Shown here: piece by piece, positions 12,669 through 20,675 of the stretch | How positions within the stretch are numbered: position 1 is the stretch's first letter | Layout of the letters: each line of letters opens with the position of its first letter | NCBI GenBank assembly: GCA_900617105.1 | Contig: UYFQ01000543.1 | Location: 62,001 to 82,675, forward strand | Direction: 5' to 3' | Source: Hydrurus foetidus | Taxonomy: Eukaryota | Length of the DNA: 20,675 nt | The notes under the pieces: model-generated | The model's database searches: none | What the model was told of the DNA's origin: nothing | The model's input: only the letters and a program-made list of their open reading frames with translations | Position numbers and translations under genes: made by a program

Positions 12669-14815
12669 CTATAGTTCTTTCTCCATTTTCTCGACTTCAG
12701 ACCAGGAGTCATGGAGGAAAAACAACGCCGCCGCATTTTCTGCGTTTAGGGATGCACGTTTATGGGCAATTGTGAGTCCAGCAGCTGAGAAAACTCGTTC
12801 CGATGGAGCGGATTTTGCGGGTATGCAGAGGACTCTCCTGGCAAGCTTCGACATTATTGGCAGCTTATCTTTATTATCTCTCCACCAATGGAGCGGATTG
12901 ACGTGGACGATCTTGCCCTCAGCATCATTCTTCTTCCCTGGCAAAATGGGCATGGCTCGATACTGTTGCACTTTTGCTTTCACCTGATCCCCCACTGGAA
13001 TAACACTAACCAGCTGCATATCCTCATCTACATCGAAAATTCCATCTTCCATTAGAAGGTCGTAGTAATCTGGTTCCGAGCTCGAGCGAGCTGTGTAGCG
13101 CTCCAGTACAGGGCTTTTCGGTGCAGCAGTAGAGACACTCTCCTCTGCAATTTTGATCATCACTTCCTGAATGTGACTCCATAACAGCGCTCGGTCAGTT
13201 TCCGGAATGCCTCGCAACATTTTTGTTCGGGGATCACATGCTGCAGCCATCATGGTAAGCTTCGATAGGCCTTTTAGTCTCCTTTGAAATCCTTCCGTCT
13301 CGTTTTCGGTAAAGATAGTTGCATCATCTCCGCTGCCCCATCGTCTGATGAAATCGGTGGACATCTTTTCGGCCAGTATTTTAACACACGTTGGAATGTT
13401 CGGGTCGTCCTCAATACTACTCAAACCGCTTCTAATACCGTACACGATTCCAGGTACGAAACTCAGTGTTACGTACTTCTCACCCTTCAATATCTTTTGC
13501 GCTAACATAAACGGCTTTAAAACATCCCTCACCAAAGATGTTATCCCCCACTGTGCATCTGTCAAATTGCATTGCAGCGACCCCTCACGCTCCATAAGAT
13601 CGAAATAGACCTTCAGGACCAGTAAGCGTTCTGTCATTGTGTAAGTAGACCACCGACGCGTTGAAACGTCCTGAACAACAGTAAGTGGACGGAGAGAATC
13701 AGCTTGCTTCTCTTTCAATTTCCTGGCGGCTTGCGATGAGTGACAAAAATAACCGACTAGTGTGCGACAAGCCTTCATGGTATTGTCAGCTCCGGGTATA
13801 TTTTTGTCATCAAACCCAATTCCTGATGTAAGCTCTGTTCCGATTTGAATACGATTAATTGATAATTGAGACTTATAAATCACAAGATAACTTCAGTCTT
13901 TAAGTCTTACCGAGGGGATGAGCTGCACAGTAAATTAGGGGCGCAGGATATAAACGACCAGCTGCAGTCATGTTTGCGGCAGTATCGGTCACTACAGCAA
14001 CTAGATGCCTTTCCTCAAGGTTGTAACTCTCCCATGCTTCTTTCGGCAATTTTTTCGTCAAGACACCGGTCGTTTCACCAGTGTGGGGCGTACAGTATAG
14101 AGTAAGGGACCTCAGTGTCCAAGCTTCGTCAATATAGTGTAGTGTAGCTGCCATGTAAGTGTCGTTTGCACAAGAAGTCCAGTGATCAGTTGTCAGTGCA
14201 AAGTGCTGTCCAATTAAATATTCCTTCATCGCTTCAGTAACTTGATCTTTGACCCTCAACATTTCTCGAAGCACTGTATCCGAGGTCAGAAATTGCGTTT
14301 TTGTTGGACTCAACGCAGAGCACATTTTGCGAAAGTAGATGTTGTCACACGTATTGATTGGCTGGAAAGTCTCTACTATCCATCGAATATATTCTTTCAT
14401 GAAATTGCCACCGTAGACAACAAACTGTTCCACGGATCCGAAAATCTTTCTCTTCTTTTCTGCCTCATTTCTCGTATACTGCGCGATGTTTGTGGAGGAA
14501 ATGACTGCATAGTGCACTAGTGCTTTTCGTTTTCCCATAATTTACGAACGCCTTACAGATTGTGCAAGTCGGGTTCGGCGATATAGCAGTTTAGTAATTC
14601 CACACCCAGGAAGTTTTTGCTGCTGCATTATTGTTTGTTGTCGAGGCAGTTGGTACGATACTCGTATTACTTGAACTCTGAGGAGTAAATTGTATTGCTG
14701 GAGATTCTGACGTAGCACTTGACGAAGCACTTGACGAAGCAGTTGACGAAGCACTTGAAGAAGCAGATGATAACGAGTAGGATCGTCGCGATTCTCTTTC
14801 GATATCCTCCATCAT
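12669..14815 (-). pseudogene. hAT transposase pseudogene (BED zinc finger, DDE core, hATC dimerisation domain)
   Basis: BED finger SWVWNY*TAISPNPTCTICKAF...TSALCSHFLHKH has an in-frame TAA at 14593-14591, and a frameshift follows near 14470. Then LTTDHWTS, VTDTAANM and CAAHPL|ELT across a 76-nt GT-AG intron (13910-13835), TRRWST, and PLHWWRDNKDKLPIMSKLARRVLCIPAKSAPSERVFS. Confidence 0.92.
14708..14767. repeat. 12-bp tandem repeat (5 units, consensus TGACGAAGCACT) encoding the Ser/Ala-rich transposase N-terminus
   Basis: Units start at 14708, 14720, 14732, 14744 and 14756; they translate on the - strand as SASS/SASS/TASS/SASS/SATS. Confidence 0.85.
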
Positions 14816-14897
14816 GGCAGAAAGTCTGATGATTTGACTACTAGATTACTATGTGTATGCATCAAAGTCTGTCTGTCCAGCATATTCATGCATGATC

Positions 14898-15377
14898 TGT
14901 TAGCATAGTTTCATCCGTAGATTAGCATTCACATGTCACAAGTAGTGTAGCGCTTCCTCACCCAAAACACCGCCATACACTGTTGTGTACATAGGCTCAT
15001 CGTTCTTCTAGCGATATCCCCCTTCGGGGCCATCACCAAGCATCCGGTTTTTCACCACCAAGCATCCGGATTTCCACCAGGTATCCGGTTTCCACCAAGC
15101 ATCCGATTTCATGAGCAGCGAGGGTTCCGCCCATTGCTCAATCGCCAACTTGAATATTCGCTGAATATGTTTCCACTTCGGCGATCACCATTTCATGCAC
15201 AATGGATGCTTTGCTTTGCTTCTTTGATGGTTGTCTTCTCTGATATCATCGCCAGTTGTTTTACTACTTGATCGTTGTAAGTAAACACGTCTTCCGAGAC
15301 CACTTCCATCAGCCAGTCTTTCCTTTGCGCTTCCGCAGCCAACAGGTAGCTCGCTTCACTCCACAGTCTGACTCACA
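14898..15377 (+). repeat. Putative 5' LTR (480 bp)
   Basis: Begins TGTTAG and ends CTCACA (imperfect terminal inverted repeat, TG...CA), immediately followed by a TGG-initiated PBS. The 3' boundary is well supported. The 5' boundary is inferred because the second LTR is not visible. Confidence 0.7.
15034..15110. repeat. Four 18-19-bp tandem repeats in the LTR (CACCAAGCATCCGGTTTC-like)
   Basis: Units at 15034-15052, 15056-15074, 15075-15092 and 15093-15110. Confidence 0.9.
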
Positions 15378-15385
15378 TGGTAGCG
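15378..15385 (+). promoter_or_regulatory. Primer-binding site, probably for initiator tRNA-Met
   Basis: TGGTAGCG directly after the LTR-terminal CA. TGGTAGC is complementary to the GCUACCA 3' end of many eukaryotic tRNAiMet. Confidence 0.7.
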
Positions 15386-15467
15386 ATTGCATAGAAAGTT
15401 CAGCAATCATCGATATAGTATCAATATATCAACGGTATCTCATCACAACAGATATCTCAAGTCGGCC

Positions 15468-18400
15468 ATGATGCTACGATCGTCCGACAACACAGACCAA
15501 AACAACGAGGAATACCATGACCCAACTGGGCTAGAGACTCCCAGCCGAGCCCAGCTGCCGCGCATGCTCTCCATGACCCTCGCAGAGTTCGATCAACGTG
15601 TCGCCGAGGCCATAAGAGCCCAAACTCAAAATTTGGTCACCAGCTCGACGGCAAATCGGCAAAATCCCTCCACACCAAACCGACCTCGACGAGGCTCCCA
15701 TGCAGAGGAAGCCACGCCACCGCGCCAAACTTTGGCAGAAGTTTCAGCACCTGGGCTATCATATAATGCCGCTTTGGAATCCGTTTTGGAGCTCAAACGG
15801 CTAAAACTCGATCTCGTTCTGACGACCTCTTCAGAAATGGATAGCATCAAGCAAAACCAGATCTCCACAACGACTGTGGGATCTAACAAGCGCTTCAAAG
15901 CTCTCGACAACATGCTCCACGTCGTTGGACTCTACCCAATGGCGATGGGCACGCGTCGCGAGCCAATCCCAACGAGGCTCAACCCATCAGGATACTCGGA
16001 GCCTACAACGTCGGAGAATCTTGACGGCACCTTCAATTATGTACCTGCCGACGATGTTACACGATGGGCCCACGACAAGAAACGTTTATTTAACGTCATG
16101 TTAAATGCTTTCAGCGAGTCTACCCACTATTTATGTGCCGATGCCTTTACCTCTCGCGATGGGATCGCAATTTATAAACGCATGCACAAGCACTACTACG
16201 GACATACCGAAGCAGACATCAACCGACTCCGGCGGCTTCTACAGAACTTCAAGGGCTCTACGGCTACTTGTTTTCAAGAGGATTTAGTGAGGTTTACAAC
16301 GTTAATGACAGAATTCGAGTATGCCCAAGCCAGACCGAGTACCGAGCAGGAGCGCCTTCAATTCCTTCACAACGCCTTCATGAACGACCACCGCCCCAAC
16401 ACAAAATCCTATTTTATGTCCTGCCATAGCAACATGCTCACCTATCACCAAACTTTGGAGAGAGCCGTTGTCTATTCCGAGTATGCCCTCCTCCAAGACA
16501 AGCCGGTCAAGATAGCTGCCTTGTCCACTACCCCTGAAGCCTGCCGCAAGTTCCTCGCTGGTACCTGCCTTCTCGGTAACAAGTGCAAGTACTATCATGC
16601 TCCTGCTAAGCCACCGGCAGCGACACCTCCCTCTGGCAAAGCACATCCTCCTGCCCCACCTGGATCCGCTCCAGTCACGGACAAGAACCGGATCAAAGCC
16701 AAGGGCAAGTACCCTCCCAAGCAGACCTTCCCAGTGACGAGTATTGATGGTCGCGTCCCTTACCTCAAGAGCAACATTCCCATGAAGCTTCTTACCAACG
16801 GACCCAACATCAACCCTGAGGACGGATGGCAGAACAACACGCTTTTGGATAACGCCGAACCCTCCGGGTATGTGCGCTTCTCCCTCAACATGTTCCGAGT
16901 CACCGACACTGACCCAGCACCTCCTCCGGATACACCGTCTCATCCTCCTCTCGAGTTAGCACTTCCGCCAGGACTCCCTCCATCAGGACACTCACCACTG
17001 CGATCTCCAACTCGTCCATCTTCTAATGCCGCCTCTCCCATAATGCTCCGACCGTACGTACGTTCCGAACATACTCAACCAGCATCTACCCCAGTACTCC
17101 TGGGTACCCCCCCGACTCCTGTCGCCCCAGAGAATGCTACAGCATGGGACACGCCGCGCCATGGGAACATCTCTTCGCCAACGTATGGGACCTCAATGCA
17201 AGAAGAAGTCGATGCCTTCACACGTACCTGGGCCTTCCTCACCAATGACGAAGTCACCTCCTCCACTGTCTTCCAGGGTATCTGCCGACAATGCTCCACG
17301 TACATCCTTCAGTACTACACTGTGGTCCACCACCGCATTCATCAGCAGCCCCTCTCAGCAAATGATTTCATCATCTATGTGAACCGTCCCGCCTTGCCTG
17401 GATCCCCTACACCGGCGCCTCATATATACCTCGCTATTTTCGGCTGGGTATCCCCAACCACCCTCAGCAACTGCCGCGCTGATGTCAGAGACGGATACTC
17501 TCGGTATATGAACCTCATCCACAAGATTGCTCGCAACCTGCTGCTCGCCAACACTGAGCCGCCGACTCCACCCAATCTTGAGTATGACCCAGGGCACTAC
17601 CGCACCTTCAATCCAACCTTGATTGAAGACATCACCACCTATCAGTCCACAGTCGGGAACATTTTCTTTTACTTCCTCGTCCACACTGCTCTGTACCTCG
17701 ACGACCAGATCAGTCCAGACCACATGGCGATATTTGAAAGTGTCCTCATCTACGACTGTGCCTCCTGGGTCGCAGCACAGCTTGCCCGATATGCCAATGC
17801 ACCCGGCAACTCCTGGCACAACATTCCCACCCTTCGCCTCCTCATGCTCACGGAAGTTGATGCACACGTTGACGGTCTTATGACACGAACTGGATCGAAC
17901 GAGTCATTCATCCAAGCTATTCGAGTCGTAATCCAGCATGTCCTACCCGACGCATTTCATGTTACACCCAACAGCCTCTTCGTCGGACCCGATCCTGTTG
18001 AGCCCACCGAGTCACACTACCGCACAGTATCTCTCGCCAGGGACCTCGCAGCATCTACTGCCCCACAGAACATACGTAAACGATACACTTTGCGGAACTA
18101 TGAGAGTGATTCAGAGTCCTCTGTCGAAGACTCCATCTGTTTCCTCCCGTACAACATGTCCTGTCCAACCCATAACATCAGTGGCCCTCGATGCGCCCTC
18201 TCTTATGTTAACTACCTACATGGAGCCGTAACACGTCTCATGGTCCCTCCATCCGACGCATCCCCATGGGTACCACCGAACGCATCCATGGAACTTCAGC
18301 GGTACAACGCCAGGAAGCGCGGCATCGCATTCCAAAAGGACCAGGCTCAAGGGGACACTAAGCGTCAAGACACTACCTCATCGTCCTCGTCAGCATCCTC

Positions 18401-19139
18401 TTCCGCCTCACCGTCAACATCGATTCCCACTACGCTTCCGGAGTTCAATACTCCGCTACCACCTGTTCCATCGACACCCTCTGACCCTCTTACCGGGTCA
18501 CTCAAACGTTGGCAAGCCGCGCAACCACTTGCATCCGACTCGCCTTTCACTATGCCTCGTGCCCAGCGCCACCGAATGACTCCACCAGTCGGATCTCAAC
18601 GCTCGACAACTGTCCGACATGCCTTCAACAGTACTCGCCCTCCGCTTGCATCAGCTCGCCCTCCTGCACCATCCGGCGGTACCTCCGACTCCAAGCTCAA
18701 CACATTCGTCGTCAGGTCCCAACATGAGAGACTCAACTCGTTCCACGTCCCCGACAAGGTCATCTTCGACTCTGGTGCTTCACGCTCTGGCACCGGCCGC
18801 TCCCAACGTCTTACCAGCATTGAACCTGTCAGCACATCCGTCACAGTCACCCCTGCATTCGGTCCGTCCATGACACCAACACACCAAGGCAGCCTCGGAC
18901 CGTTGGAGCTTAGCACCCTCCTTCTCCCTGCACTAGGCGACAGCACCCTTGTCTCTGTCTCCCAGTTCTGCGCTGGCGGTGTCACCAACGACCACTTCAT
19001 CGGCATCTTCACTCATAAAGACTTCCGCTTCTATGAGACTGCATCAGCCCTTCCCTACATTGCACTGGTAGCTCAGCATGGAAAGGAGGTCACCCGTGGA
19101 ACCGTCCAAGACGGCCTCTACGTGGAGACTCCCTACTGA
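15468..19139 (+). CDS. Copia gag-protease polyprotein ORF (1223 aa) with CCCH finger and long internal insert
   Basis: GCCATG start at 15468. Copia-type gag helices (DGIAIYKRMHKHYYG...ERLQFLHNAF), C-x7-C-x5-C-x3-H at 16542-16598, aspartic protease IFDSGAS (DSG at 18768-18776) with LVSVSQF, and pre-integrase DGLY. Ends at TGA 19137-19139. Confidence 0.88.
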   Translation: MMLRSSDNTDQNNEEYHDPTGLETPSRAQLPRMLSMTLAEFDQRVAEAIRAQTQNLVTSSTANRQNPSTPNRPRRGSHAEEATPPRQTLAEVSAPGLSYNAALESVLELKRLKLDLVLTTSSEMDSIKQNQISTTTVGSNKRFKALDNMLHVVGLYPMAMGTRREPIPTRLNPSGYSEPTTSENLDGTFNYVPADDVTRWAHDKKRLFNVMLNAFSESTHYLCADAFTSRDGIAIYKRMHKHYYGHTEADINRLRRLLQNFKGSTATCFQEDLVRFTTLMTEFEYAQARPSTEQERLQFLHNAFMNDHRPNTKSYFMSCHSNMLTYHQTLERAVVYSEYALLQDKPVKIAALSTTPEACRKFLAGTCLLGNKCKYYHAPAKPPAATPPSGKAHPPAPPGSAPVTDKNRIKAKGKYPPKQTFPVTSIDGRVPYLKSNIPMKLLTNGPNINPEDGWQNNTLLDNAEPSGYVRFSLNMFRVTDTDPAPPPDTPSHPPLELALPPGLPPSGHSPLRSPTRPSSNAASPIMLRPYVRSEHTQPASTPVLLGTPPTPVAPENATAWDTPRHGNISSPTYGTSMQEEVDAFTRTWAFLTNDEVTSSTVFQGICRQCSTYILQYYTVVHHRIHQQPLSANDFIIYVNRPALPGSPTPAPHIYLAIFGWVSPTTLSNCRADVRDGYSRYMNLIHKIARNLLLANTEPPTPPNLEYDPGHYRTFNPTLIEDITTYQSTVGNIFFYFLVHTALYLDDQISPDHMAIFESVLIYDCASWVAAQLARYANAPGNSWHNIPTLRLLMLTEVDAHVDGLMTRTGSNESFIQAIRVVIQHVLPDAFHVTPNSLFVGPDPVEPTESHYRTVSLARDLAASTAPQNIRKRYTLRNYESDSESSVEDSICFLPYNMSCPTHNISGPRCALSYVNYLHGAVTRLMVPPSDASPWVPPNASMELQRYNARKRGIAFQKDQAQGDTKRQDTTSSSSSASSSASPSTSIPTTLPEFNTPLPPVPSTPSDPLTGSLKRWQAAQPLASDSPFTMPRAQRHRMTPPVGSQRSTTVRHAFNSTRPPLASARPPAPSGGTSDSKLNTFVVRSQHERLNSFHVPDKVIFDSGASRSGTGRSQRLTSIEPVSTSVTVTPAFGPSMTPTHQGSLGPLELSTLLLPALGDSTLVSVSQFCAGGVTNDHFIGIFTHKDFRFYETASALPYIALVAQHGKEVTRGTVQDGLYVETPY

Positions 19140-20675
19140 CCAACCACTCGGGAGAGTCTTTTGGTCACACACTATACTCCCGCTTCACTGTACGACCACG
19201 TGCATCAAGCCACAGGCCACCCCGGTCTTCCAGGCATGGCATAGCACCGCGATCATTCCCTCAATGCTCGCTTCACCACCAAAGATGCACACACCTCCCG
19301 TCCGGTCTGTCCTGGATGCGCCCATGGCGCCATGCGTCAAGCATCCACAGACTATCGTCGCATTCACAGAGACACAACTACCCTCGTCGGCCAGCAGTTC
19401 TCCTTGGATGCCTATACCCACTCGACTCCATCATTCCGTAACTACCGTTACACTCACATCCTCACCGACCTCGCGTCGGGACAATACTATCCTGTATATA
19501 CAAAGACCGGTCCGCCTCTGAACTCTGTGCCCGCATTGCAGCCTTCTTCGACCTAACCCCCAATGGAACCACAATACCCCTGGGGTTGATCGCTTCATCC
19601 GGCATGACCCAGAGGCCAACTACCGATCTGAAGAATTTACTGCGCTTTGCGCCCGATACCGATACCGACTTGAGCACACTGCACCTCGTGACAAACATGC
19701 CAACGGCATCGCTGAGCGAGCAGTCGGCATTGTAGCTCTCAAGACAAACGTTGCCATGATAACCCCTGTTCCGCATGTGCCAATGAAGTTCTGGGACCTT
19801 GCAATGTCCTATGCATGTGTTACTCATTCCTTTAACCTTAACAAGCGTATTGGTACTTCTCCGTATCACTTCACTTCTGGGCAACACGTGGACATCAGGA
19901 TGCTTCGACCATTCTGGGCACCCTGCTATGTCAAGCACGCACCCAAAGATCAGAAAAGTAAAGTTGGGTCACCTCGTGCCTACCGTGCTCGGTTCGTTGG
20001 TTATAGTTTTACATCTATACTAGTACCACAATATTTAGTATTAGAAATACTACCCAAGAACACCTACGGTACTGTTCGAGTCAGTAAGGATGTCATCTTC
20101 GACATGCACAACAACTTCAAGCATGACTCAGATGCACACTTCCCTACCGACGAGGCCTTCGCCCTCATCCCGTCCCTCTACTATACTGATAATAATAATG
20201 ACCCTATTGTGGTGCCTGAGCGAGTCGACCTACCCGGCCTCCCCTCACCTGCACCCCTTATCGAACCCGACTATATAACCCCTGTCGCTGAAACAGAACA
20301 CTCAGTCAACGATGACATGATATACTGGTCCACTTACACCAGTTCTTCCACATGCTTCCCTGTTCACCTCTTCCGTGTCCTGCACTACAACATAGCAGTC
20401 CAAATCAAGGATCCCTACATCCCCAAAGACTTCTGGACCGCCATGCAGTACCCAGAGTGGAAACAGGCCGTCAACACTGAGCGAACTAAGTTTGAAGTCA
20501 ACAACTGCTTCCGGTCTGTTCCCTTCACCGGACAGCACCTAGTACCAATGATGTGGCTCTTCAGTATCAAGACTGACGGCACCAAGAAGGCCCGCCTCGT
20601 AGGTCGTGGTGATCTCATGATACCCTGGGTCGACTTCGACCCCTACGCAGTATACTGCGGTAATGTCAATGCGTC
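19140..20675 (+). pseudogene. Copia pol remainder: disrupted integrase and N-terminal part of reverse transcriptase
   Basis: Continues in the ORF1 frame: HQATGH...CPGC (HHCC) with TAG at 19242-19244, then FSLDAY. Frame disruption at ~19506 and ~19554. Open from 19555 to the end: IRHDPEANY, NGIAERAV, FWDLA, RFVGYS, SKDVIFD, and RT motifs WKQAVNTE and WLFSIKTDGTKKARLVGRG. Confidence 0.92.

Larger units (their letters stand above)
11533..14897 (-). mobile_element. hAT-superfamily DNA transposon (decayed), interrupted at its 5' side by the Copia element
   Basis: hAT transposase at 12669-14815. Candidate terminus TAGAGCTTCCTGCCGGAGC at 11533 is followed by clustered subterminal repeats. The partner end is not in the window, so the boundary is inferred. 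Confidence 0.75.
14898..20675 (+). mobile_element. Ty1/Copia LTR retrotransposon (5' portion; continues past the window end)
   Basis: Order is LTR, PBS, gag, protease, integrase, RT. Integrase before RT is diagnostic of Copia. Confidence 0.95.

Noticed and set aside
15034..15110. Short direct repeats resembling a CRISPR array
   Set aside because: The units are essentially contiguous with no unique spacers, there are no cas genes, and the context is a eukaryotic LTR.
15387..15467. ORF-track extension of the gag ORF from a TTG start (1250 aa)
   Set aside because: The start is a non-ATG codon just after the PBS. The first ATG in good context (GCCATG) is at 15468.
16302..19938. Long antisense ORFs over the Copia element (16302-16943, 17355-17867, 18596-19012, 19462-19938)
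   Set aside because: They are shadows of the C-rich sense ORF with no recognisable motifs.

Overview
Intron-containing eukaryotic genomic DNA, most likely from a plastid-bearing stramenopile (ochrophyte). The lineage is inferred only from a bipartite signal peptide + ASF-type presequence on one gene. Left half holds host genes: the 3' part of a dienelactone-hydrolase-like gene (+, 77-1482), two tandem triosephosphate isomerase paralogs (+, 1994-3417 with 7 introns; 3982-4947 with 2 introns), an 8-exon tandem-FHA/PP2C phosphatase (-, 9633-5488) and an intronless, probably plastid-targeted DUF4864-like gene (-, 11390-10737). Right half is a transposon nest. A decayed hAT DNA transposon (BED finger, DDE, hATC; - strand) has a Ty1/Copia LTR retrotransposon inserted just upstream of its transposase start (5' LTR 14898-15377, PBS, gag-protease ORF, disrupted integrase, start of RT; it runs off the window). 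The Copia element is the most unusual feature. It has a CCCH finger instead of the CCHC knuckle, and a ~720-aa spacer between finger and protease that contains an unrecognised ~350-aa globular-looking domain bracketed by repeated LNxFxV motifs. All exon models and family calls come from manual reading and motif recognition, not database searches.
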